Notes: generated by a model from the sequence alone, not told the origin. 64,000 bases of DNA from Occultella glacieicola (GCF_004353825.1 NZ_SMNA01000012.1:62001-126000), one strand, 5' to 3'. Positions 54,747-64,000 are shown, counted from the stretch's first letter. Numbers and translations: made by a program.

Positions 54747-56960
54747 ATGCCTCCCGATCATCACGGTGCCTGGATCACCTCGGCAGCGTGGCAACGGGAC
54801 CCGGACGGTCCGCTGCCCGTGCTGGCCCGCGCCTTCCAGGTGGCGGGCGAACCCGCCGACGCCACGCTGAGCATCGCCGGCCTCGGCGTGTACTGCGCAC
54901 GCATTGCGGGCAGGAGGGTCACGTCGGCACTCCTCGAACCGGGCTACACCGACTACCGCATCCGCACCGAATGGGCCGCCCACGACGTGACCGACCTGCT
55001 GACCACCGGGCGGAACGTGCTGAGCATCGACCTCGGCCCCGGCTGCTACCGCTCGGCCCCGGCCGATGACCGCTGGACCAAGATCCACACCGACTTCGGT
55101 GACCTCGGGGCCTGCGCGGTCCTGGAGTGGCGCGATGCGAGCGGCACGCACCGCCTGGCCACCGACCTGACCTGGCACGCGACCCTCGGACCGGTGCGCC
55201 GCGCGAACTGGGTGGGCGGCGAGGACTACGACGCCCACCACCTCGCCGACCTGACCACGGTGCAGGACTGGCCGGACGCCGTCGGGGCCAGGATGCCGAG
55301 CGAGCTGGTGCTGACCCGCAAGCAGATCCCACCGCTCGAGCGTGTCGAGGACCTGCCTACGGTCGCGCTGACCGAACCTGCGCCCGGTGTCTACGTGGCC
55401 GACTTCGGGGTCAACTTCGCCGGGTGGGTCGAACTCGATCTGCCGGCCCGCACGAGCGTCACGCTGCGCCCTGCTGAGCTCCTGAACCCGGACGGCTCCA
55501 TCGATCCGCGCACCCAGGGCTGGGGGCCCGTCTATCACCGGGTCAGCACGGCCGAGTCCCGGCTGACCTGGCATCCGCAGTACATGTACAACGGGCTGCG
55601 CTACCTGGAGATCGAGGGGCTCAGCCAGGCACCGGCAACCGATTCCGTGCGCGGCATCGTGATCGCCGCGGGGGCCGAGTCGGCTGGTGACTTCCATTGT
55701 TCCGACGAGCGGCTCAACTCGACCCACCGGATCATCAAGCGTGCCGTGACGTCCAACATGTACTCGATGTTCACGGACTGTCCGCAGCGCGAGAAGCTCG
55801 GCTACCTGGAGCAGCTGCACCTGGCCTTCGACACGCTCCACTGGAACTACGACGTCGGCGCGCTCCTCGAGAACACGCTGCGGATCGCTCGGGAGGCCCA
55901 GGCGGAGTCGGGTCACCTCGGGCTCTACGTACCGGAATGGGATCCGTTCCCGGACCCGTGGCGCGGCGACGTCAACTTCGGTGCCGCGCTCGTGTTCGTG
56001 CCGTGGCAGCTCTACCGGGCCTACGGTGACGACGGGATCCTCCGAACCACCTATTCGGCCTCGGTCCTTTGGGTGGAGCACGTCCTCGCCTCCCGCACCG
56101 ACGGCGTGATCGAGTACGGACTTGGTGACTGGGACGGCCGGGAGCCACGACACGTGCCGCTGGTCGCCACGGCCACCCTCGCCCGTGCCTGCACGGTGCT
56201 GGCGCTGACGGCGGCGGCCCTCGGCGACGACGCGGACCGGGCCCGGTGGGACACCCAGGCCGACGATCTTCGGACCATGGTGTCCGACCGCTTCGTGGCG
56301 CCGGACGGGCGAGTTGGGGGCGGCACCGTCGCCGAGCTGGCAATCGCACTGCAGAACGGGGTGGTTCCGAAGCACCTCGTGCCCGCGGCACGCGAGGAAC
56401 TCGCACAACGCATCCTCGCCGACGACCTGCGCCTCGACGTCGGCGAGGTGGCGATGGCGGCGCTGCTCGGCGTGCTCGCCGACGCCGGCCAGCATGACCT
56501 GATCCACGCCGTCACCGTCCAGGATCGCCACCCCGGCTACGGCTACCAGCTCCGCCACGGCGCCACCTCCCTCACCGAGACCTGGGACGGGCCCACCTTC
56601 GGATTCAGCCAGAACCACTTCATGAACGGCGTCGTCGACCACTGGTTCTTCTCCCATCTGGTGGGCATCCAGCAGTCGGCACGGTCGGTCGCCTACCGCG
56701 AGCTCGTGATCCGGCCGCAGCTGGTGCCCGGGGTGACCTCGGCCCGGGCATCGCACCGCACGCCGGCCGGCGAAGTCTCAGCCGACTGGAGCCTCGACGG
56801 CGCCCAGTTCACACTGACCCTCAAGACACCTCGAGGAACTCGTGCCACCGTCGAACTGCCCGACGGCACCGTGATCGACGTCGCGGGCCCCGTGAACACC
56901 GTTGGGTGCGCCTTGGCTGAGCGGACGCAGGTGACAACCCGACGGCGGGGGCCTTCCTGA
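54747..56960 (+). CDS. Alpha-L-rhamnosidase (GH78)
   Basis: AGLGVY, LEPGYTDY, GEDYDA, DFGVNFAG, GLRYLEI, TDCPQREKLGYLEQ, GATSLTETW, SQNHFM. Confidence 0.93.
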   Translation: MPPDHHGAWITSAAWQRDPDGPLPVLARAFQVAGEPADATLSIAGLGVYCARIAGRRVTSALLEPGYTDYRIRTEWAAHDVTDLLTTGRNVLSIDLGPGCYRSAPADDRWTKIHTDFGDLGACAVLEWRDASGTHRLATDLTWHATLGPVRRANWVGGEDYDAHHLADLTTVQDWPDAVGARMPSELVLTRKQIPPLERVEDLPTVALTEPAPGVYVADFGVNFAGWVELDLPARTSVTLRPAELLNPDGSIDPRTQGWGPVYHRVSTAESRLTWHPQYMYNGLRYLEIEGLSQAPATDSVRGIVIAAGAESAGDFHCSDERLNSTHRIIKRAVTSNMYSMFTDCPQREKLGYLEQLHLAFDTLHWNYDVGALLENTLRIAREAQAESGHLGLYVPEWDPFPDPWRGDVNFGAALVFVPWQLYRAYGDDGILRTTYSASVLWVEHVLASRTDGVIEYGLGDWDGREPRHVPLVATATLARACTVLALTAAALGDDADRARWDTQADDLRTMVSDRFVAPDGRVGGGTVAELAIALQNGVVPKHLVPAAREELAQRILADDLRLDVGEVAMAALLGVLADAGQHDLIHAVTVQDRHPGYGYQLRHGATSLTETWDGPTFGFSQNHFMNGVVDHWFFSHLVGIQQSARSVAYRELVIRPQLVPGVTSARASHRTPAGEVSADWSLDGAQFTLTLKTPRGTRATVELPDGTVIDVAGPVNTVGCALAERTQVTTRRRGPS

Positions 56961-56986
56961 GGCACCCCGCCGCCGGGAGACCCGAC

Positions 56987-57991
56987 TCAGGCGAGGCTCA
57001 GTGCCGCGGCTTCCCGCACCGGCGTGCCCACATAGTCGCCGGCGTGCCCGGCCTGCCCGAAAATGCCCATGCGCTCGGCGATGATCGCCGACATCGCTGC
57101 GCGGCCGGCCTTCGCGGCGGGCGCCGGGTCAGCGGCCAGCGGGTCCTCGGCGAGCGCCACCCGCATCGCGGCGGCGTAGGCCATGTGGGAGTCCATGCCC
57201 TGGTTGATCTTCGTGACGCCGAGCTTCGTCGAGCGGGCCTTCTCCTCGTCGGGCACGCCCCACGACTCGGGCAGGCCACCGCCGTGGGCGTTGATGACCG
57301 CACGCAGGTGCGCGGGCAGCGAGGACGACCCGTGCATCACCAGGTGGGTGTCCGGGATGAGCGCCGCGATCGTCTCGATGAGGTCCATGCGCAGCACCGT
57401 GCCGTCCGGCGGGCTGGTGAACTTGTAGGCGCCGTGCGAGGTGCCGATCGCCACCGCGAGCGCGTCCACGCCCGTCTCCTCGACGAACCGCTTCGCCTCC
57501 TCGGGGTCGGCCAGGACGATCTCGGCGTGCGTCGCCCCGTCCTTGGACCCACCGATCGTGCCGAGCTCGGCCTCGATCGAGACGCCACGCTCACGCGCGT
57601 ACGCCACCACCCGCTTGGTCACCTCGACATTCGCCTCAAAGCTCGTGGGCTTGTGGGTGACGGGGTCGAGGCTGCCGTCGATCATCACGCTCGAGAACCC
57701 GGCGTCGACCGCCCGCTTGCAGGTCTCGAAGTCCGGCCCGTGGTCGAGGTGCACCACGACCGGGATCTGCGGGTAGTGGTCCACGGTACGCAGCAGCAGG
57801 TCCCAGTACAGCTCGTCCGACGCGAATGCCGAGGCCCCTGCGATCGTCTGCACGATCACCGGCGAGTTCGTGGCCGCCGCGGCATCGAGCACCGCCTCCA
57901 CCTGCTCGATGTCGGTCACGTTGAACGCCCCGACCCCGTAGCCGCCGGCGCGTGCGTGGTCGAGTACCTCCCGCAGGGAGCAGAGTGTCAT
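56987..57991 (-). CDS. fba: Class II fructose-bisphosphate aldolase (type B)
   Basis: GAFNV, HLDHG, FSSVMIDGS, EAELG, VDALAVAIGTSHGAYKF, HLVMHGSSS, TKIN. Confidence 0.88.
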   Translation of the reverse strand: MTLCSLREVLDHARAGGYGVGAFNVTDIEQVEAVLDAAAATNSPVIVQTIAGASAFASDELYWDLLLRTVDHYPQIPVVVHLDHGPDFETCKRAVDAGFSSVMIDGSLDPVTHKPTSFEANVEVTKRVVAYARERGVSIEAELGTIGGSKDGATHAEIVLADPEEAKRFVEETGVDALAVAIGTSHGAYKFTSPPDGTVLRMDLIETIAALIPDTHLVMHGSSSLPAHLRAVINAHGGGLPESWGVPDEEKARSTKLGVTKINQGMDSHMAYAAAMRVALAEDPLAADPAPAAKAGRAAMSAIIAERMGIFGQAGHAGDYVGTPVREAAALSLA

Positions 57992-58116
57992 GGTGTTGGC
58001 CTTTCAGGTTGAAGACGGCGCAAGGTGCGAGCGCTCGATCGGGCCCGCTCGGGCGCTACCATAACAGAACGAAGCCAAATGACATTGGTTTAGTTACGTT
58101 CGAAGGAGTCCAGTAG

Positions 58117-59499
58117 ATGAATTCGCAGGTGATCGTCGGCGTCGACTTCGGCAGCTCACGAATCAAGGCCGCGGCGTACGACCGCTCCGGCGCCCTCCTC
58201 GCGCTCGAGGCGGTGGACACCCCCGTGCAGCACCGCTCAGACGGCGACGATTTTCCCGTACTCGACCTCCTCGCCGCCGCCCACCATGCGATCGGCGCCC
58301 TCCACGCCGGGCCGGTCGCCGGCATCGGCATGACCTCGATGGGCGAGGTCGGCACCGTGGTCACCGACTCCGGCCTCGCCCCGCTCGACTTCCCCTCGTG
58401 GTACGACAGCCGCGGCGAAGAGATCGTCGCCGCCCTCGAGCGGCGCTGGAGCCCCACCCACCTGCGCAACCTCACCGGACGTCACACCCGTCTCGCCTCG
58501 ACCGTGGCGAAACTGGCCCACGCGCACGCTCACGCCCCGGTCCCCGCCGGCCTCTTCGTCGGCCTGTGCGGCGCGCTCGCCCACCAGCTCGCCGACCATG
58601 CCTGGCAGGAAGCCAGCCTTGCCACGACCAGCGGCGTACTCGACCTGCTCCGCCGCGAGTACGTGCCGCAGATCTGGGACGCCGCCGGCCTCGGCCACAT
58701 CGGACTCGCCCCCGTCCGCCCGCCCGCGCACAGCCACCCCGCCATCACCGCCCTGGCGCGCTCGCTCGGCCTGGTCGAGGGCGCCGCCGTGGTCATCGCC
58801 GGCCACGACCACCCGGTCGCCTCGGTCGGCGCGGGCGTGCGAGCGGGCGAAGTCTCCGACTCCATGGGCACCGGCGAGGCGATCATCGCGGCGCTACCCC
58901 CAGGACACACGCTCACCGCGGCCGAGCTGGCCACCCACCTCGACCGCGACCCAGACCTCAGCTTCGAGTTCTGGCCCGCCGACGGATCGCTCCTCGCCGT
59001 CTGGGAACGCATGCGCCCCGGCCTGGCCATGCGCACCTTCCTCGAGAACAGCAGCCACTCTCGCGCGGTGCTCGACGGCGGTGCAGCACCTCCGAGTCGG
59101 TCCGTCGCCTTCTCCGGGGCTGATCTCTCGACACTGCAGTCCGGACGGCGGGTGGAGGGCCCCTACGACGCACTCGGCTGGGGCGAGCTCATCGATGCCT
59201 ACGTGCTGCTGGCGAACGAGGGCGATGAACTGGCGCGTGCGGTCTCGGGCGCAGCCGGCGCCACCGTGCTGACCGGCGGCGGTCTGCGCTCACGGCGCTG
59301 GCGGCAGGCCAAGGTGGCGCTCGGGCCGGACCGGCTCGAGGTGTCCACCGTGGCCGAGGCAGCCACACGTGGTAGCGCCGCCATCGCAGGCATCGCCCTC
59401 GGCTGGTGGCCCCGCGCCGAGGAGATGCCTGGCGGCACGCGCACTCCGGTGAGCTCCGCCGTCGAGATGGAACAGGTGGCGAGCACGCTCGATGGGTGA
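58117..59499 (+). CDS. FGGY-family carbohydrate kinase
   Basis: GVDFGSSRIKA, WYDSR, GHDH, DSMGTGE, LTGGG. Confidence 0.88.
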   Translation: MNSQVIVGVDFGSSRIKAAAYDRSGALLALEAVDTPVQHRSDGDDFPVLDLLAAAHHAIGALHAGPVAGIGMTSMGEVGTVVTDSGLAPLDFPSWYDSRGEEIVAALERRWSPTHLRNLTGRHTRLASTVAKLAHAHAHAPVPAGLFVGLCGALAHQLADHAWQEASLATTSGVLDLLRREYVPQIWDAAGLGHIGLAPVRPPAHSHPAITALARSLGLVEGAAVVIAGHDHPVASVGAGVRAGEVSDSMGTGEAIIAALPPGHTLTAAELATHLDRDPDLSFEFWPADGSLLAVWERMRPGLAMRTFLENSSHSRAVLDGGAAPPSRSVAFSGADLSTLQSGRRVEGPYDALGWGELIDAYVLLANEGDELARAVSGAAGATVLTGGGLRSRRWRQAKVALGPDRLEVSTVAEAATRGSAAIAGIALGWWPRAEEMPGGTRTPVSSAVEMEQVASTLDG

Positions 59500-59567
59500 G
59501 AGGCGCCGAGTGCAGAACGACGCCCTCGGACCTTCGTTCGCTTGCGCATCCGTGTAACCTTCCGGTG

Positions 59568-60323
59568 ATGCACGCTTCCCAGCGCCGTGAGGCGATCATG
59601 ACGGCGGTGTTCGAGAAGGGCACCGCGCGCACCCGCGACCTCGCGGACTCCCTCGGGGTCTCCGAGGTGACGATCCGCACCGACTTCGAGGTGCTCGAAC
59701 GGCAGGGCCGGGTGGCGCGCGTGCACGGCGGTGTCACGATGTCGGAGACGCCGCTGATGGGTTACGACGCCCGCGCCGACCAGAACGTCGACGCCAAGCA
59801 GCGCATCGGCGCCGCGGCCGCCGCCCTCGTCGCCGACGGGACCACGATCATCCTCGACTCCGGCACCACGATCTTCGCGCTCGCCCGGCACCTGCCCAGC
59901 GTCAACGACCTTGTGGTGCTGACGACTGGCGTCAACATCGCCCTTGCGCTCATGGAAGTGAGCGGGGTGCACGTGCGGCTGCTCGGCGGCCGGCTGGTGC
60001 CGCACATCGCCGCCACCGTGGGCACCCCCCGGCAGCAGGGCCTCGAGGGCGAGATTGCCCATGTCGCATACCTCGGCGCCGGCGGCATGGACGCCGATCA
60101 CGACGTGGTCGAGGGCTCCCTGGACATCGCGGAGTCCAAGCGCTCGCTGGTCAATGCATCCCGCCGCCGGATACTGCTGGCGGACTCCACGAAGTGGTTC
60201 ACGTTGGACCGGCACAAGGTGGTCAACGTGTCGCAGTTCGACACGGTGGTCACCGATGCACAGATGCCTGCGAGCACCCAGGCGGCGATCCGCGACAGCG
60301 GTGCCGAGCTCATCCTCGCCTGA
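59568..60323 (+). CDS. DeoR/GlpR-family transcriptional regulator
   Basis: GVSEVTIRTD, RVHGG, IILDSGTT, LLADSTK; TAACCT -10 box just upstream (leaderless). Confidence 0.95.
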   Translation: MHASQRREAIMTAVFEKGTARTRDLADSLGVSEVTIRTDFEVLERQGRVARVHGGVTMSETPLMGYDARADQNVDAKQRIGAAAAALVADGTTIILDSGTTIFALARHLPSVNDLVVLTTGVNIALALMEVSGVHVRLLGGRLVPHIAATVGTPRQQGLEGEIAHVAYLGAGGMDADHDVVEGSLDIAESKRSLVNASRRRILLADSTKWFTLDRHKVVNVSQFDTVVTDAQMPASTQAAIRDSGAELILA

Positions 60324-60518
60324 GCCGGCCGACGCCCGACGCGAGCCATGCTCGCGAGGTTAGGCTGCGCCGTCGGGCATCGCGAAAGCGAACCCATACC
60401 AAAGTTTGCTACTTTCGAATTCCATCGGGTACAGTCTGGCACGGCCGCCTCCGTGGTTACGCACCTTCGAACAGCACGGTTGACGTGGCCCGCCCCATCT
60501 CGAGGAGGAGAAACCCCG

Positions 60519-61775
60519 ATGCACCGCAGACTCGTTGCGACCGCCGCCGTCGGCGCCGCGGCAGCACTCGTTCTTGCCGGCTGCTCGTCTGACGACGGCT
60601 CCGGCGACACCGTCACGCTCGACTTCAGCCAGTGGTGGGAGGTCGAGCTGAGCGAGGGCGTCATGCGCGGCCTCATGGACCGCTTCGAGGAGGAACACCC
60701 GGGCATCGAGGTCAATCTGATCTCGAACCCGTACTCCGCCACCGTGGATCTGCAGACTGCCGCGGCCGCCACCGGCACCCTCGCCGACATCGTCGCCATC
60801 AACGGCGCGAGCGTCTATGACCTGCAGGACCAGGGCGCGATCACCGACCTGTCCGCGCTGATGGACGACGCCGGGTTCGACCCGGCCGAGCTCGTCAGCA
60901 ACGACCAGATCGACGGCGTGACCTACATGGTCCGCGCACTCAACTTCGCGTACCCGCTGTACTACAACACCGACCTGCTCGACGCCGCCGGGGTCACCGA
61001 GCTGCCGACCACCTGGGCGGAGTTCGACGAGGCTGCTGCCGCCGTGACCGACCCCAGCAGCAACGTGTATGCATGGTCGCTGCCGATCAACGTGCAGTCA
61101 CCGGCGGGCTTCGACTCACAGTCCTGGCTGTGGTCGTCCGGCAACCGGATGCTCGATGACCGGCAGCCCAACTTCGAGACCCCTGAGGTCGCTGACTGGC
61201 TGACCTTCCTGCAGGGCCAGTACGACGGCGGTTACGTCACCCCCGGTGCGTTCACGCAGCAGGAGCAGCAGAAGGTCGAGGAGTTCACGGCCGGGCGCAA
61301 CGCCTTCCTCATCGGCTCGCTCGCCCATGTCCAGGGCATCCGGGAAGCGAACCCCGACCTCAACTTCTCGATCGGATCGGTGCCGGCTCAGGACGGCGAG
61401 CCCTCCGGCATCGCCGGCGCGAGCTGGGGCCTGGGCATCGCCGAGAACAGCGAGCACAAGGAAGAGGCGTGGCAGCTGATCGAGTGGCTGATGTCCGAGG
61501 ACGTGAACTCCGAGCTCGCCACCGAGGCCACGGGGTTCCCGGGCAACGCGTCCTCGGTGCCGGGCTTCGTGGACGGCGACCCGCTGTACGAGCTGGCGTT
61601 CGAGGTGTACTCCAGCAGCGAGTTCGTGACCGAGCTCGAGGGCCTGCCGCAGGCGCTCGACCTCAACCGCAACCTCAACGAGAACCTCGTGCGCCTGCTG
61701 CAGGGCGAAGCGAGCGTCGAGCAGACCCAGGCTTCGCTCCAGGAGTACTGGACCGGCGTCCTCAGCGACGGCTGA
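60519..61775 (+). CDS. Sugar ABC transporter solute-binding lipoprotein
   Basis: Lipobox LAGC; YYNTDLL, PTTWAEF; GAGGAGG RBS. Confidence 0.93.
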   Translation: MHRRLVATAAVGAAAALVLAGCSSDDGSGDTVTLDFSQWWEVELSEGVMRGLMDRFEEEHPGIEVNLISNPYSATVDLQTAAAATGTLADIVAINGASVYDLQDQGAITDLSALMDDAGFDPAELVSNDQIDGVTYMVRALNFAYPLYYNTDLLDAAGVTELPTTWAEFDEAAAAVTDPSSNVYAWSLPINVQSPAGFDSQSWLWSSGNRMLDDRQPNFETPEVADWLTFLQGQYDGGYVTPGAFTQQEQQKVEEFTAGRNAFLIGSLAHVQGIREANPDLNFSIGSVPAQDGEPSGIAGASWGLGIAENSEHKEEAWQLIEWLMSEDVNSELATEATGFPGNASSVPGFVDGDPLYELAFEVYSSSEFVTELEGLPQALDLNRNLNENLVRLLQGEASVEQTQASLQEYWTGVLSDG

Positions 61776-61781
61776 CCCACG

Positions 61782-61813
61782 CGGTGGTGCCGGCTTGCCG
61801 GCCGGCACCACCG
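61782..61813 (+). terminator. Intercistronic stem-loop downstream of the SBP gene
   Basis: 13-bp stem CGGTGGTGCCGGC / GCCGGCACCACCG. Confidence 0.7.
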
Positions 61814-61852
61814 TCTGCTGCCGCCCACCACCGAAGCGTCTGGAAGGCCTCG

Positions 61853-62809
61853 ATGTCTGCAACAACAGCACCTGCACGTCGCAGGTCCGCCCCCACCGGA
61901 CCCAGGTCCGGCGCTACCGGACCCAGGTCCGGCCGATGGTGGCGAACCACCCTCACGGCCTACGGCTACATGTCACCCACCCTGCTGGTGATGCTGATCA
62001 TGATGGCCGTCCCCGTCGCCATGGTGTTCGTGTACTCCACGCTCTCCAACGTGGTGATGGAACGCGACCCCGAGTTCGTGGGCATCGAGAACTACCTGAC
62101 GCTGTTCGGGGACGAGATCTTCCGCAAGGCGCTCGGGCAGACCGCCATCTTCACTGTCACGTCGGTGACCCTGCACCTGCTGATCGGGCTCGGCTTCGCG
62201 ATGATGCTCAACAGCGGGCTGCTGCCGCGGCTGGCGGCGGCACTGTTCCGGGTGATCTACATCCTGCCTTGGGTCTTCACCGCCTCGATCGTGGTGATCC
62301 TGTGGCAGTTGCTGCTGAACCCGAACGGCGTCATCAACTACCTGCTCGAGGCAGCTTCGCTGATCGACTCGAAGGTCGAGTGGTTCTCCAACCCCAGCCT
62401 GGCGCTCGGCACGGTCATCTTCATCAACGTCTGGGCGGGGTACCCGTTCATCATGATCAGCCTGCTCGCCGGGCTGCAGGGTATCCCCGGTGACCTGTAC
62501 GAAGCCGCGGAGATCGACGGCGCAGGCTGGCGTGCGCGGTTCTTCAACATCACGATCCCGCAGTTGTTCCCGATCCTGCTCGCGGTGGCGATGCTCGACT
62601 TCATCTGGAACCTGCAGCAGTTCCCCATCATCTGGCTCGCCACCGGCGGCGGGCCGCTCAACGCCACCGAGACCATCGCGACCTTCACCTACAACCTGGC
62701 GTTCTCCAAGCACGAGTTCGCCATGGCCTCGGCCAGCGGCGTGGTGCTGTTCGTCGTGTCGGCGATCGTGGCGCTGTTCTACGTACGGCACCAGAAGGCG
62801 AGGGACTGA
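61853..62809 (+). CDS. Carbohydrate ABC transporter permease (MalF-like)
   Basis: FVGIENY, LYEAAEIDGAG, FAMASA. Confidence 0.95.
   Translation: MSATTAPARRRSAPTGPRSGATGPRSGRWWRTTLTAYGYMSPTLLVMLIMMAVPVAMVFVYSTLSNVVMERDPEFVGIENYLTLFGDEIFRKALGQTAIFTVTSVTLHLLIGLGFAMMLNSGLLPRLAAALFRVIYILPWVFTASIVVILWQLLLNPNGVINYLLEAASLIDSKVEWFSNPSLALGTVIFINVWAGYPFIMISLLAGLQGIPGDLYEAAEIDGAGWRARFFNITIPQLFPILLAVAMLDFIWNLQQFPIIWLATGGGPLNATETIATFTYNLAFSKHEFAMASASGVVLFVVSAIVALFYVRHQKARD
61895..61933 (+). repeat. 21-bp in-frame tandem duplication in the permease N-terminus
   Basis: ACCGGACCCAGGTCCGGC at 61895 and 61916, encoding TGPRSG twice. Confidence 0.8.
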
Positions 62810-62816
62810 CGTGAGC

Positions 62817-63668
62817 ATGACGACGACACGGTCACGCGGCCGCTCGGTCGGGGCACAGCGGGTCGCCCTGTGGATCGGCCTGACGCTCGGCGCGATCTTC
62901 GCGGGCTTCCCGGCACTGTGGATGCTGCTGAGCTCATTCAAGCCCAACACCGAGATCTTCCAGTTCCCGCCGACCTTCCTGCCGGACACCTTCACCATTG
63001 GCGCGTACACCGACATCCTCACGAACCCCGAGAAGCTCCGGTTCTTCATCAACAGCTACCTCGTGGCCGGCGCGGTCGTGCTGCTGACGCTGCTCGCCGG
63101 GATCATGGCAGGCTACGCGTTGAGCCGGTTCCAGTTCCCCCTCAAGAGCCTGCTCAACACGGTGGTCATCTCCGTCCAGGCGGTGCCGCCGATCACGTTG
63201 CTGATCCCGTACTTCGGGCTCGTGGTCTGGCTGAAGCTGTACGACTCGCTCTGGGCGCTGATGCTGACCTACATGGTCGCCACGATCCCGTACGCGATCC
63301 TCATGATGACCGGCTACTTCAACACGATTCCGCGTGAGCTCGACGAGGCAGTGAAGGTCGACGGCGGTAACACCATGCGCACGCTGTGGCAGGTGCTGGT
63401 GCCGATCGCACGGCCAGGCATCGTGTCCGTGGGCGCTTACACCTTCATGGTGGCGTGGAACGAGTTCCTGTTCGCCCTCACCCTGACGCAGAGCAGGGAG
63501 AACCGGACCGTGCCCGTGGGCATCCAGCTCCTCATGGGGGAGCACTCGTTCAAGTGGAGCGAGATGATGGCCATGAGCGTGCTCGGGTGCCTGCCGGTCC
63601 TCGTCCTCTTCTTGATCTTCCAGCGGCAGTTCGTCAGCGGTATGACCGCCGGCGCTGTCAAGAGCTGA
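62817..63668 (+). CDS. Carbohydrate ABC transporter permease (MalG-like)
   Basis: IPRELDEAVKVDG, AWNEF, GMTAGAVKS; alternative GTG start at 62811. Confidence 0.95.
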   Translation: MTTTRSRGRSVGAQRVALWIGLTLGAIFAGFPALWMLLSSFKPNTEIFQFPPTFLPDTFTIGAYTDILTNPEKLRFFINSYLVAGAVVLLTLLAGIMAGYALSRFQFPLKSLLNTVVISVQAVPPITLLIPYFGLVVWLKLYDSLWALMLTYMVATIPYAILMMTGYFNTIPRELDEAVKVDGGNTMRTLWQVLVPIARPGIVSVGAYTFMVAWNEFLFALTLTQSRENRTVPVGIQLLMGEHSFKWSEMMAMSVLGCLPVLVLFLIFQRQFVSGMTAGAVKS

Positions 63669-63697
63669 CCGTTCCTCCTACGAGAGAGAGATACTCC

Positions 63698-64000
63698 ATG
63701 CTGTTCACCGGCAAAGACATCGTCGCGCCCGCGTACGAGCACGGGTTCGCCGTGGCCGCGTACAACATCAGCGACTACGGGATGCTGACGGCGGTGCTCG
63801 CCGCCAGTGAGGCTGCCGACGCGCCGGTCATCCTCTTGATCCACCCCGATGACTGGAAGTTCGTCGGAGACCAGTTCCTGCCGTCGGTGTTTGCGTTGGC
63901 CGCCTCGGCGTCCGTCCCGGTCGCGATCCAACTGGATCACGGGGCCTCGCTCGAGCAGGCCGCCGCATCGCTGCGCCACGGCTTCACCTCAGTCATGATC
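63698..64000 (+). CDS. Class II ketose-bisphosphate aldolase (fructose/tagatose-BP type), truncated by the window edge
   Basis: Translated by hand: MLFTGKDIVAPAYEHGFAVAAYNI...APVILLIHP...PVAIQLDHG...GFTSVMI. Confidence 0.88.
   Translation, partial: MLFTGKDIVAPAYEHGFAVAAYNISDYGMLTAVLAASEAADAPVILLIHPDDWKFVGDQFLPSVFALAASASVPVAIQLDHGASLEQAAASLRHGFTSVMI

Noticed and set aside
54717..56756. 679-aa minus-strand ORF
   Set aside because: Antisense to the GH78 gene; no recognisable motifs.
1..64000. CRISPR arrays, tRNA/rRNA, IS elements, integrases, phage or defence genes
   Set aside because: I saw no regularly spaced repeats, structural RNA signatures or mobile-element/defence proteins.

Overview
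High-GC actinobacterial chromosome segment (codon usage, lipoprotein/Tat-type solute-binding proteins and leaderless genes suggest Actinomycetota, plausibly Micrococcales; taxonomy is inference). It is almost wholly a carbohydrate and sugar-acid catabolic region of about 58 genes. Modules: (1) a CoA-dependent beta-oxidation-like cluster coupled to a sugar ABC transporter, with twin LacI-type operators (1-9056); (2) a sulfatase, a Tat-secreted multidomain heparinase II/III-like lyase and a DeoR/LacI hybrid regulator; (3) a glucarate-dehydratase-like enolase with an RraA aldolase, SDR and IclR; (4, 6) two paralogous XylR(AraC)-activated ABC/oxidoreductase operons with a conserved 21-bp-spaced operator; (5) an ABC + M20 deacylase + PLP ammonia-lyase + RidA operon under a YheO-PAS regulator; (7) an L-rhamnose catabolic operon divergent from a Tat-secreted DUF4838-like protein, LacI and GH78 rhamnosidase; (8) a DeoR/FGGY kinase/ABC module flanked by two class II aldolases. 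All five CUT1 ABC systems lack an ATPase gene. I saw no rRNA, tRNA, CRISPR array, transposase, integrase or phage genes. Family calls come from motif recognition by eye, not database searches.
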